Source: Oscillospiraceae bacterium (GTDB taxonomy: Bacteria > Bacillota > Clostridia > Oscillospirales > Butyricicoccaceae). Taken from it: a stretch of 64,000 nucleotides of DNA. Under the pieces are notes generated by a model, which saw only the letters and a list, made by a program, of their open reading frames with translations, made no database searches and was not told where the DNA came from. Positions 35,551-44,206 of the stretch are shown piece by piece (positions within the stretch are counted from its first letter, which is position 1; every line of letters starts with the position of its first letter). The position numbers were made by a program, and so were the translations under genes. Location of the stretch: contig SVKN01000003.1 in NCBI GenBank assembly GCA_015068445.1, positions 3,088 to 67,087 on the forward strand, read 5' to 3'.

Positions 35551-35828
35551 AAAAAGACCCCATCTGGGATCAAGGGGGCCGTACGTAAGCACGGGCGCCA
35601 AGTTCCGAGAGGGATCGTTCATAGTATACACGAAGAGGGGTCTCCTGTCAAATCAGACTTGCGCGGCGTTCTGTTTTCCGCGGCAGTGCAAAAGATCCTT
35701 CGACTCCGCTTCGCGACCCTCAGGATGACAGGGGAGATGGAATGGCAGAGCTGGCCGGAATGGCAGGGATGAATGGTTGGCAGGGTCGGCCGTAATGGAT
35801 CGTGCCTGCGAAGAGATCGCGTGTACAG

Positions 35829-35866
35829 AAGAGCACCCGCCGGGGTTGACCGGCGGGTGCTGTTTT
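35829..35866. terminator. terminator hairpin downstream of the transglutaminase-like gene
   Basis: GAGCACCCGCCGG-GGTTGA-CCGGCGGGTGCT followed by GTTTT. Confidence 0.6.
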
Positions 35867-35880
35867 ATACGTTTGCTGAC

Positions 35881-37752
35881 TTATGCCCCAAAGACCAAGG
35901 CGGCGCAGAGGGGGGCGCTGTGGGCGTCGAGGGAGAAGATGCTCAAGGTGCGGTCCATGCTGAAGGCGTTGATGCCGCTGTCGAGGAAGGTGACGTCCTC
36001 CAGGCAGCCGTCGGAGCCGTAGGCGGCGACGATGACGTTGGCGCCTTCATCGGCCTGGACGTAGAGCTGGGCGCCGTAGACGCGATAGGTGTAGCGGCCG
36101 GAGGCGACGCGGGTGCCGCTTACGACCTCACGGTAGACGGCCTGATACGTCGCGTCGCCGTAGGCAGGCTCCACCGCGGGGGTCCAGTGGTCAAATACGT
36201 AGGCGATGGGCCCCGACGAGACCTTCTGGGGAGGGTAATGGGAGGGCACCAGGCTGGGCATCACGGACGTCACGTCGATCACCGAGCCGTCGTCGTCCAG
36301 CCACGTGATACTGTACATGGCCTCCATGCGCATGTAGGTCGCCTTGTACGTGGCGTCCGCATAAGCGGCCGTGACCTGGGGCGTCCAGCCCGTGAAGACG
36401 TACTCGAACACGCCGTCACCGGGCTTCTGCGGCGCGCTGCGGGTCGGGATCTCCCCTTCCGGCACCCGCGTGACGCCCAGCAGAGAACCGTCGTCATCCT
36501 CCCAGGTGATGGTGTACATCTTCTGCTGGGGCAGATCGAGCTTATAATGATCATTGCCGCTCTGGAAGACGAGCGAATCGCCCTCAATCCAGCAGGAATG
36601 GATATTCTTCCCCGCGTCCAGCAGCGAGGCCAGGCACGTCGTTTTGCCCGTGTAGATATCGTAGCACAGCACGTCGTACCAGGAGTTGAAATAGATCTTG
36701 CCGCTGCGTACCGCAAGGCCCGAGCGCCAGACGTAGCTGCCAAAGGTGTAGCCGGAGTGGATCTCAGAAAAGATGGATCCGTAATCCGCAAGTAGCGTCC
36801 GACTGTCATGATCCGCGTCCCAGCGGACGAGGCCATCCGCGCTGACATAGAGCCAGCCGTCGCCGTAGGGAACGAAGGGCGAAACGCTGCTTTGCCAGAA
36901 GGCGCTGTCGTAGCGGGTATCGCTGCACGTGACGTCGCGGCCGAAGCGCCAGTCGTCCTGCTCAAAGTGGTCGCGGGCGGCCTTCATGGCGTTCGTGGAC
37001 AGGAGGAAATACTCGTGGTTCGCCTGATGCTCCGGGACCATGCTGGGATCGTTCCAGGTGACGTCGATGTGGTACCAGCGGCCGCCCACCTGCACGATGT
37101 TCCAGGTGTGGTTCAAGCTGTCGCTGTCGACGAAGGAGCTGCGGATGTTCAGCGCGTCCATGACGCCCTGAAACACACGGGTGTAAGCCTGGCAGACGCC
37201 GACGCCGTACTGGAAGAAGCCGTAGGCGTCGTAGATCTGGTAGGAATTGTCGTAGGCGAAGTTGAGGCAGAGGTAATCGTTGACGTACAGGACCTTATCC
37301 AGATCGGACCAACCCGGGTCGATCCCGGCAGTGATCGCGGCGATGCCGTCCAGATAGACCTGCCGGGCGGAATCGTAATCGTTGATCAGGTTCGAGTAGT
37401 ACACCGGGCGGACGGTGGCGTAGGTGCCGTAGTTGGAGGAATAATAGTTATCCACGGCGAAGGTCTCCGGGGCGTAGTACAGGCGGTTCAGCGCCTCGCG
37501 GAGCTCCTGATAGGTGATGCCGTAGGTATCATAATCAATCGTGAAGGTCTGCTTGCCCTCCCAGACGGCCTGCCGCATGGCATGCTCCAGGGCCTCCAGC
37601 TGACTGTCGGAGGCGCTCATCAGGCGCGGCGCGGAGGCGGCGAACCAGGAATCCTCCGCCGTGGTGACGTCCCAGACGGGCTCGGCGGCGCGGGCGGGCA
37701 GGAGCATCAGCGCCAGCAGCAGGGGGATCAGAACGTATTTGAATCGTTTCAT
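35881..37752 (-). CDS. secreted transglutaminase-like cysteine protease-fold protein with Listeria-Bacteroides-type repeats
   Basis: Start at MKRFKYVLIPLLLALMLLPARA (signal peptide, SD GAGGTG). Cys-His-Asp core GVGVCQAYTRVF...NHTWNIVQ...YHIDVTWND. Two repeats read ITW.DDDGS...F.GWTP.V..AYGDATY.A.Y. Confidence 0.8.
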   Translation of the reverse strand: MKRFKYVLIPLLLALMLLPARAAEPVWDVTTAEDSWFAASAPRLMSASDSQLEALEHAMRQAVWEGKQTFTIDYDTYGITYQELREALNRLYYAPETFAVDNYYSSNYGTYATVRPVYYSNLINDYDSARQVYLDGIAAITAGIDPGWSDLDKVLYVNDYLCLNFAYDNSYQIYDAYGFFQYGVGVCQAYTRVFQGVMDALNIRSSFVDSDSLNHTWNIVQVGGRWYHIDVTWNDPSMVPEHQANHEYFLLSTNAMKAARDHFEQDDWRFGRDVTCSDTRYDSAFWQSSVSPFVPYGDGWLYVSADGLVRWDADHDSRTLLADYGSIFSEIHSGYTFGSYVWRSGLAVRSGKIYFNSWYDVLCYDIYTGKTTCLASLLDAGKNIHSCWIEGDSLVFQSGNDHYKLDLPQQKMYTITWEDDDGSLLGVTRVPEGEIPTRSAPQKPGDGVFEYVFTGWTPQVTAAYADATYKATYMRMEAMYSITWLDDDGSVIDVTSVMPSLVPSHYPPQKVSSGPIAYVFDHWTPAVEPAYGDATYQAVYREVVSGTRVASGRYTYRVYGAQLYVQADEGANVIVAAYGSDGCLEDVTFLDSGINAFSMDRTLSIFSLDAHSAPLCAALVFGA

Positions 37753-37880
37753 AGCACACCTCGATTCTGCAATGGGGAAACCGGACAAGAACAGTATACC
37801 ACGATCCTCGCGGCGATACAAGAATTGGAAGCATCCTCTGTTAATATGTTCGCCGGAGAGCGCCGCAAAACCGCGGTCGA

Positions 37881-37909
37881 TTGACTTTCCCCCGCCGATT
37901 GTCTATAAT
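37881..37909 (+). promoter_or_regulatory. promoter of mnmA
   Basis: TTGACT - 17 nt - TATAAT. Confidence 0.55.
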
Positions 37910-37941
37910 GGCCTTGTATTTTTGCGAAGGGAGGGGCGCCC

Positions 37942-39003
37942 GTGAAGGCTCTGATCGCCATGAGCGGCGGCGTCGACTCGGCCATGGCCGCGCTGCTGCT
38001 GCAGCAGCAGGGGTACGACTGCGTCGGCTGCACCATGAAGCTCTACAACAACGAGGACGCCGGGGTCGACCGCAGCAAGACCTGCTGCGCCGCGGACGAC
38101 GTGCAGGACGCCCGGGCCATGTGCCTGCGCATGGGCATCCCCTATTACGTCTTCAATTTCACTTATGATTTCCGGCGGGAGATCATCGACCGCTTCGTGC
38201 GGTGCTACGAGTGCGGGCAGACGCCCAATCCGTGCATCGACTGCAACAAATACATGAAGTTCGGCAAGCTGTACGAGCGAGCGGCTCTGCTGGACTGCGA
38301 CGTGATCGCCACGGGCCATTACGCCCGCATCGAGGAGCGCGGCGGCGTCTATCTGCTGAAAAAGGCCGTGGACGAGACGAAGGACCAGAGCTACGTGCTG
38401 TACAGCCTGACCCAGGCGCAGCTGCGGCGCACGGTGTTCCCGCTGGGCTCGCTGCGCAAGAGCGAGGTCCGCGTCATGGCCGCGGAGGCGGGGCTGGAGG
38501 CGGCGCAGAAGCCCGACAGCCAGGACATCTGCTTCGTCCCCGACGGCGATTACGCGAAGATCGTCACGCTGCACAGCGGCCGGGAGCCGGAGCCAGGGCC
38601 CTTCGTCAACATGAAGGGCGAGCGCATCGGCACCCACCGGGGCATCATCCACTATACGATCGGCCAGCGGCGCGGTCTCGGCATCGCGGCGGAGCGGCCG
38701 CTTTACGTCGTATCCGTGGAGCCTGAGACGAACACGGTGGTGCTGGGGTACAACGAGGACCTGTTCCGCCGGGAGGTGCTGGTGCGCGATTTCAACTGGT
38801 GCGCCGGGATCGCGCCGGAGGGTGCGTTCCGCTGCAGCGCGAAGATCCGCTACCGCCACCCGGAGCAGCCCGCGGTATGCGTGGCGCTGCCGGACGGGCG
38901 CGTGCGCATCGTCTTTGACGAGGGGCAGCGGGCCGTGACGCCGGGCCAGTCCGCCGTGGTGTACGACGGCGACGTGGTGCTGGGCGGCGGTATAATAGAA
39001 TAG
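37942..39003 (+). CDS. mnmA: tRNA 2-thiouridine(34) synthase
   Basis: GTG start after GAAGGGAGGGG. PP-loop IAMSGGVDS, then CTMKLY...KTCC...DSQDICF and HYTIGQRRGLG. Confidence 0.92.
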   Translation: MKALIAMSGGVDSAMAALLLQQQGYDCVGCTMKLYNNEDAGVDRSKTCCAADDVQDARAMCLRMGIPYYVFNFTYDFRREIIDRFVRCYECGQTPNPCIDCNKYMKFGKLYERAALLDCDVIATGHYARIEERGGVYLLKKAVDETKDQSYVLYSLTQAQLRRTVFPLGSLRKSEVRVMAAEAGLEAAQKPDSQDICFVPDGDYAKIVTLHSGREPEPGPFVNMKGERIGTHRGIIHYTIGQRRGLGIAAERPLYVVSVEPETNTVVLGYNEDLFRREVLVRDFNWCAGIAPEGAFRCSAKIRYRHPEQPAVCVALPDGRVRIVFDEGQRAVTPGQSAVVYDGDVVLGGGIIE

Positions 39004-39015
39004 ATAGGCAAAAGC

Positions 39016-39046
39016 AAAGCGCCTGACGCGTGTCAGGCGCTTTTTT
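39016..39046. terminator. bidirectional terminator
   Basis: AAAGCGCCTGAC-GCGT-GTCAGGCGCTTTTTT. Confidence 0.8.
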
Positions 39047-39471
39047 CATTTATTGATGATCACGAGGCCGAGGAGGCAGATCGCAACGCCCAGGAGCTTG
39101 TGCCACGTGAGCGCCTCGTGGTAGAACAGGTAACCCACGAAGATCAGCGCCACGGCGAGGAACGCGCTCTGGACCGTGGAGGCGGTACTGACCTGCCAGC
39201 CCGCCTTGTAGGCATAGATGAAGCCCACCTCCAGCCCCACCAGCACGAAGCCGAAGGCAAAGGATGTCCAGTTGAGCTTGTGGTACTCGCGCAGCAGGCC
39301 GCCGCCGCGATTGAGCAGGAAGTACAGCGCGAAGCAGGACAGGGCGCTGACGAGATACGTGACGGTCAGGGATGCCAGCGGGTCGACGTTTTTCGGCATC
39401 GACTTGGCGCAGACGTGATAGACGGCATTGCAGAAGACGGTCAGAGCCAGCGGCCAGAGGTAGGCGATCAT
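39046..39471 (-). CDS. small EamA/DMT-like membrane protein (141 aa)
   Basis: Four to five TM helices with an EamA half-domain-like pattern (NAVYHVCAKSMP...). Overlaps the MATE gene stop by 4 nt. Confidence 0.65.
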   Translation of the reverse strand: MIAYLWPLALTVFCNAVYHVCAKSMPKNVDPLASLTVTYLVSALSCFALYFLLNRGGGLLREYHKLNWTSFAFGFVLVGLEVGFIYAYKAGWQVSTASTVQSAFLAVALIFVGYLFYHEALTWHKLLGVAICLLGLVIINK

Positions 39472-40877
39472 ACTTCCTCCTCCGCGGGCTTGACGCGGGC
39501 GAACTTCTTCCAGCGGCCCGTGACGTAGAAGACGACGCCGATGAAGAAGGGCGTAAAGCCCGCCAGCGCGTCGCCCAGCCAGAAGCCGTAGTGCTTCATG
39601 TCGAGAACGAGGCCGAAGAGGACGGCCAGGCCGATGCGCATGATGAAGCCGTCGAGGATGGCGGTGACGAAGTTCATCTTGTAGTCGCCGCTGCCGTTGA
39701 TCAGCGCGTTGGCAACAGCGCGCAGGGCGCTACCGAAGAAGAGCAGCACGGCGATGGGCACGTAGCCGTCCGCGATGGCGAGGACGTCGGCGTCGTTGCT
39801 GGTGGTGAACAGGCCGAAGATCTGCTGGTTGAACAGGACGATGACGAGGCTCATCACCGTGGCGACGGTGAGCGTGATGGCCGCCAGCGTCTTGAGGATG
39901 CTGTTGACACGGCTGAACTTGGCGGCGGCGATATTCTGGCCCGCCATGGTGGAGCCGGCGGTGTTCATGGCGTTGGAGATCAGGTTGGCGATGGACGCGA
40001 CCTTGTTGGCGATGCCGGCGAAGGCCGAGACGGCCACACCGTAGGAGTTGATCCAGGAGTTGACGAAGAGCTTCGACACCTGGATGGAGGCGGACTTGAT
40101 GGCCATGGGCACGCCCAGGCGGACCAGGGCGCCCAGCATGGAGCCATCCCAATGGATGAACTCACGGAAGGTGATGTTCAGCTCGAAGCTCCGGCGGTTT
40201 TTGCCCAGGAAGACGGCGCAGGCGATGAAGCTGACGGCCTGGCCGATGACGGTGGCCAGCGCGGCGCCGCCGGGGCCCATGTGCAGGAACGCCACGAAGA
40301 CGATGTCGAGGACAAGGTTCAGCACGGCGGCGATAGAGATGAAGATGAACGGGTGCTTCGAGTCGCCCATGCCGCGGAGGATGGCGCTGACGGCGTTGTA
40401 GCCGTAGATGAAGATCAGACCGGCCATGCAGACCGTGGAATAGGCCACCGCGCCCTCCAGCGCCTGGGGCGGGGTGTTCATCACGTCGAGGATGCGGCTC
40501 TGGAGCGTCAGGCCCACGGTGCTGAGCACTGCGGCGCACACCACGAGGAAGCCGCCCATGGTGCCCACGAAGCGTCCGATCTTGTGCCGCTCCCCCGCAC
40601 CGATGTACCGGGCGATCAGCACCTGCCCGGCGCTGGAAAAGCCCATGGCGATGAACGTGAGGAAGTTGGTCACGTCGCCGCCCACGGCCACGGCCGACAG
40701 TCCGGCCTTGCCCAGCACGTTGCCGACGACGAGCATGTCCACCATATTGTACACCACCTGCAGCAGGTTCGACAGGAACAGCGGCAGAGCGAACCGGAAC
40801 AGCTGGCTGGTGATGTTGCCCTTCGTAAAGTCGTTGATATGCGTCTTGTTCTCGCTCAAGAGGATCCCTTCTTTCAT
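39468..40877 (-). CDS. MATE-family efflux transporter
   Basis: NDFTKGNITSQLFRFALPLFLSNLLQVVYNMVDMLVVGN is a typical MATE N-terminus, with 12 TM. The ATG at 40877 is preferred to the TTG at 40913, although its SD is weak. Confidence 0.85.
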   Translation of the reverse strand: MKEGILLSENKTHINDFTKGNITSQLFRFALPLFLSNLLQVVYNMVDMLVVGNVLGKAGLSAVAVGGDVTNFLTFIAMGFSSAGQVLIARYIGAGERHKIGRFVGTMGGFLVVCAAVLSTVGLTLQSRILDVMNTPPQALEGAVAYSTVCMAGLIFIYGYNAVSAILRGMGDSKHPFIFISIAAVLNLVLDIVFVAFLHMGPGGAALATVIGQAVSFIACAVFLGKNRRSFELNITFREFIHWDGSMLGALVRLGVPMAIKSASIQVSKLFVNSWINSYGVAVSAFAGIANKVASIANLISNAMNTAGSTMAGQNIAAAKFSRVNSILKTLAAITLTVATVMSLVIVLFNQQIFGLFTTSNDADVLAIADGYVPIAVLLFFGSALRAVANALINGSGDYKMNFVTAILDGFIMRIGLAVLFGLVLDMKHYGFWLGDALAGFTPFFIGVVFYVTGRWKKFARVKPAEEEV

Positions 40878-40942
40878 TAAACGATAAATAGTATAGCACC
40901 TTTCCAACCCCAATGCAAAATCTTTTTACGAAACCGGACAGC

Positions 40943-40970
40943 AAAAAGACCGCCTCGAAGGAGGCGGTCT
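40943..40970 (-). terminator. intrinsic terminator of the deacetylase gene
   Basis: Minus strand reads AGACCGCCTC-CTTC-GAGGCGGTCT followed by TTTTT. Confidence 0.75.
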
Positions 40971-40986
40971 CTTGTGTGATCCGATT

Positions 40987-42396
40987 TTAGTCCATCGGGG
41001 GACGGGCGGGGTCGAGGACCAGCTTGGGATCGAAGAAGTACTTGCTGATGCGCTCGGGGTGCTTCATCATCGTGTAGCCGTCGAGGTTCAGGCGCTCCAT
41101 GAACATGACGTCGCCGGCGAAGCGGACGTTCATGGGCGAGCCAACGGGGCAGTAGATGTTGAACTTGCCCTTTTCGATCAGGTAGCGGAAGACGGGCGCG
41201 TTGTCGTCGAACTGGACGCCGAAGGGCGAGATGAAGATGTTGGTATCGCCGACGTAGGGCTCGATCTCGTTCTGCCAGCGGCCGGTGTCATACTGCATCT
41301 GCTCCATGGTGATGGTCTTCTTGTTCCAGTACTGGTTGTGGGTGTAGCTGTGGCTGGAGATCTGCCAGCCGGTATTGCGCAGAGCCTGGGCGACCTCCTT
41401 GACCTTCTCCAGCATGGCCTTGCCCTCGGCCTCGGAGAACAGCTCAAGGTCGGTGATGCGGTAGCCGAAAGCGCCGGCATAGCCGGTCTCGGCCACGATG
41501 CCCTTGGCGCCGCGGAAGGAGAACTCGGGATGCTCGTCGACGAAGGTGTCGAGGATCGGCATGACGTCGCCGTCGTAAGTGACGTGCTCCACGCCGTCGT
41601 GATCCTTGACGATCGTGACGACGCGGCCGTTCTCGTCCACGTCAAGGCGATCGGCAAAGCCGTCGGGCTTCATGTAGTCATAATAGTTGACGTCATCGAT
41701 GGAGATGACGAGGGGCTTCTTGCCGGCGGGCAGATAGATGGGCTTGGGCTGCGCGTTGCCATCGGCGTCCAGCTCCATCATCTCGGTGATGTCGTACAGC
41801 ACGAAGTCGTTCTCCAGGAACAGCGGCAGCATCTTCTGGAACTCGCTGACCGTGGTCATCCACTCGTTGTAGCCCTGGGCGGGATGGCCCTTGTTGTCGA
41901 AGGCCAGATCGGGATAGACGATCAGGCTGTGGAAGAAGACGTGGTAATACTTGCCCTCATACAGCACCAGCTTGCTCTTGAGGTCCTGGATCTCGGCGAT
42001 CTTCGCCTTGGCGGCGTCGGTGTCGACGCCCTGCAGGGCTTCGATGGCCTCGTCGTAGAAATAGCCGCGGGCCAGTGTGTCGGCCTTCAGGATGGCCTCG
42101 TCCTCGGGCAGCGGCTCCGCCGTCACGACGGGCGCGCCGTCATTTGTCTTCGCGGCGTCGTCGGTCTTCGTGCCGTCGGCGGCGACGGTGGTCGCCTCCG
42201 CGGTCTTCCCGGCGTTCTTCGTCACATCGGCGGGCGTATCGCCGCCGCGGCCGGTGACCAGCTTCACCAGACCCGTGACGGCCATCAGCGCGGCCAGCAG
42301 CGCCAGACCGTACAGAACGACGGTGGGACGGCGGCGGCGACGGCGTCTCTGGGTGCGGGCGGGCGTTCCGGCGTCATGTTTGTATTGCATGCTCAC
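40987..42396 (-). CDS. membrane-anchored polysaccharide deacetylase (NodB-homology) family protein
   Basis: N-terminal basic stretch plus TM. ISIDDVNYYD (Asp-Asp motif) and SSHSYTHNQ (HxxxH) are NodB-like. Confidence 0.7.
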   Translation of the reverse strand: MSMQYKHDAGTPARTQRRRRRRRPTVVLYGLALLAALMAVTGLVKLVTGRGGDTPADVTKNAGKTAEATTVAADGTKTDDAAKTNDGAPVVTAEPLPEDEAILKADTLARGYFYDEAIEALQGVDTDAAKAKIAEIQDLKSKLVLYEGKYYHVFFHSLIVYPDLAFDNKGHPAQGYNEWMTTVSEFQKMLPLFLENDFVLYDITEMMELDADGNAQPKPIYLPAGKKPLVISIDDVNYYDYMKPDGFADRLDVDENGRVVTIVKDHDGVEHVTYDGDVMPILDTFVDEHPEFSFRGAKGIVAETGYAGAFGYRITDLELFSEAEGKAMLEKVKEVAQALRNTGWQISSHSYTHNQYWNKKTITMEQMQYDTGRWQNEIEPYVGDTNIFISPFGVQFDDNAPVFRYLIEKGKFNIYCPVGSPMNVRFAGDVMFMERLNLDGYTMMKHPERISKYFFDPKLVLDPARPPMD

Positions 42397-42515
42397 ATAC
42401 CCCCTGTTCAGGTTTTTCTGTCTCTTTGACCGGTCCGAAGGCCGGATTGTTCCTTATACAGATTATATTTTAGCGCATTTCGTTATATAATACAAGAGGA
42501 TTTCGACAGTTTTGA

Positions 42516-42531
42516 CCACAAGATGTTGTTT
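42516..42531. promoter_or_regulatory. NrdR-box-like 16-mer (box 1)
   Basis: CCACAAGATGTTGTTT matches acaCwAtATaTwGtgt at 12/16 positions, including all six strongly conserved ones. A weaker copy CTTCAAGATGTTGGGA lies 41 bp downstream (42557-42572). Confidence 0.35.
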
Positions 42532-42644
42532 TCTCTTCCCCGTCTCCCCTCTCTCGCTTCAAGATGTTGGGAATCCGCCGCGTCAAAGAGCAGCGCCGGC
42601 GGAGCGGTTCTTTTGGGTATTCCGACGAAAATGAAAAAGAGGGC

Positions 42645-42672
42645 TTGCGTTCGCACATTTTGTGTGTATAAT
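42645..42672 (+). promoter_or_regulatory. promoter of the NrdD-like mini-protein gene
   Basis: TTGCGT - 16 nt - TATAAT. Confidence 0.5.
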
Positions 42673-42681
42673 AAAGATAGA

Positions 42682-42697
42682 CCACAAAATGTTGTAT
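42682..42697. promoter_or_regulatory. NrdR-box-like 16-mer (box 3), overlapping the transcription start / SD region
   Basis: CCACAAAATGTTGTAT matches the NrdR consensus at 12/16 positions with all conserved positions intact. It sits between the -10 and the SD. Confidence 0.35.
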
Positions 42698-42710
42698 GGA
42701 GGATCCTATC

Positions 42711-42971
42711 ATGACGATAAACGTAGAAGGCGGCGAGCTCTCCAAGAAGGAGATCCAGGCCTACATCGATTACATTCAGGACAAGAACCATCAGGTCGTG
42801 GACGAGCTGACCATCACCGTGGACGGCGAATACGTCGATCTGAACTACACCCTCGTCCCCGTCCCCTTCGAGCGCATCCGCCGCATCACCGGCTATCTGG
42901 TGGGCACCATGGACCGCTGGAACGACGCCAAGAAGGCCGAGGAGCGCGACAGGGTCAAGCACAGCCTGTAA
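42711..42971 (+). CDS. stand-alone NrdD-type glycyl-radical loop protein (86 aa)
   Basis: The C-terminal FERIRRITGYLVGTMDRWNDAKKAEERDRVKH matches the RxxGY...N.(G/A)K..E...R..H C-terminus of class III ribonucleotide reductase. The SD GGAGGA lies 7 nt before ATG 42711 and itself overlaps the tracked ATG at 42696. Confidence 0.6.
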   Translation: MTINVEGGELSKKEIQAYIDYIQDKNHQVVDELTITVDGEYVDLNYTLVPVPFERIRRITGYLVGTMDRWNDAKKAEERDRVKHSL

Positions 42972-42989
42972 GCTGTAAACCAGCAAATG

Positions 42990-43024
42990 AAAAGGGTTCC
43001 GCAGTCATGCGGAGCCCTTTTATT
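42990..43024 (+). terminator. intrinsic terminator
   Basis: AAAAGGGTTCCGC-AGTCAT-GCGGAGCCCTTTTATT. Confidence 0.75.
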
Positions 43025-43097
43025 CTGTATGGACTTTTCCCCATTAAAGGTGTAAAATGAGTAAGTTATGACCTTTACGAACGGAGCGTGACCGCTT

Positions 43098-44009
43098 ATG
43101 TCTACCTTTCAGACCATGCTGAACATGCAGCTGAGCCTGTTCGCCATCATGCTGGTGGGGTTCTTCTGCCGCAGGAAGAACATGATCGACACGAAGACCC
43201 GGGGCGTGCTGAGCGACCTGCTGATCAACGTGATCCTGCCCTGCAACATCATCAACTCCTTCCGCATCGAGGTGACGGAGCAGCTTTTAAGATCGATGGG
43301 GCTGGTGTTCGCTATTTTCATGGGCATTCAGTTCTTCTCCTGGGCGCTGAGCAAGGTGGCCTATACGAAGGTGCCCATGGACCAGCAGGTGATCCTGCGC
43401 CACGGCACCATCACCTCCAACGCGGGCTTTCTGGGCAACCCCATCGCCCAGGGCGTCTTCGGCTCTGAGGGACTGCTGTACGCCTCCATCGCGCTGATCC
43501 CTGTACGCATCTTCCTGTGGTCCGCGGGTCTGAGCCTGTACACCAAGACAGACAGCCGCTCCGTCATCAAAAACCTTCTGACCCACCCCTGCGTCATCGC
43601 CGTGTTCATCGGCTTCGGCTACATGTTCCTGCCCTTCGACCTGCCCGGCTTCATCCCCCGGACGCTCAGCTCCATCGGCGGCTGCACCACGGCCGTGTCC
43701 ATGCTGGTCATCGGCGGCATCCTGGCGGAGATCGACTTAAAGCGCATCCGCATGGGCCTGCTGAGCTACTACAGCTTCATCCGTCTGATCTTCATCCCCG
43801 CCTGTGTGTTCATCGTTCTGAAGCTGCTGCACGTGGACCCGCTGCTGACGGGCGTCAGCACGCTGCTGTCCGGCATGCCCTCGGCCTCCATGACCGCCGT
43901 GCTGGCGGCCAAGTACGGCCGCGACGCCGAGTTCGGCGCCCAGGTGGTGTTCGTCTCCACGGTGCTGAGCATGGTGACGATCCCGCTGATGACGCTGTTT
44001 TTTGATTAA
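43098..44009 (+). CDS. AEC (auxin efflux carrier) family transporter
   Basis: The N-terminus (LSLFAIMLVGFFCRRKNMIDTKTRGVLSDLLINVILPCNIINSF) is typical of the AEC / malate-permease-like family, with 10 TM. Confidence 0.85.
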   Translation: MSTFQTMLNMQLSLFAIMLVGFFCRRKNMIDTKTRGVLSDLLINVILPCNIINSFRIEVTEQLLRSMGLVFAIFMGIQFFSWALSKVAYTKVPMDQQVILRHGTITSNAGFLGNPIAQGVFGSEGLLYASIALIPVRIFLWSAGLSLYTKTDSRSVIKNLLTHPCVIAVFIGFGYMFLPFDLPGFIPRTLSSIGGCTTAVSMLVIGGILAEIDLKRIRMGLLSYYSFIRLIFIPACVFIVLKLLHVDPLLTGVSTLLSGMPSASMTAVLAAKYGRDAEFGAQVVFVSTVLSMVTIPLMTLFFD

Positions 44010-44206
44010 GTCAATATATTGCGGTCTGTAATCATTTTGCCCGCACATCTTGTGTTTCAGCGGGGCAAATCATCATTTTGACTAAATCTGAATCACAAAT
44101 TATTACGCGGAGTTTTAAAAAAATCCTTTACGGCAGGCCGATTTGGCGTTATACTGTTTTCGAGGCGTTTCGCCCTTTTACATACATCACACAACGGAGA
44201 AGCATC

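Noticed and set aside
35730-35800. Irregular AATGG / GGCAG(G) repeats (GGAATGGCAGAG...GGAATGGCAGGG...GAATGGTTGGCAGGG...TAATGG) in the debris after the remnant.
   Set aside because: The repeats are short, imperfect and unevenly spaced (about 20, 13 and 23 nt). No ORF or structure is associated, so they are probably degenerate leftover sequence.
42696-42710. Tracked start (ATG 42696, MEDPIM...) of the NrdD-like mini-protein.
   Set aside because: This ATG overlaps the GGAGGA Shine-Dalgarno sequence. The ATG at 42711 lies 7 nt downstream of that SD and is the likelier start.
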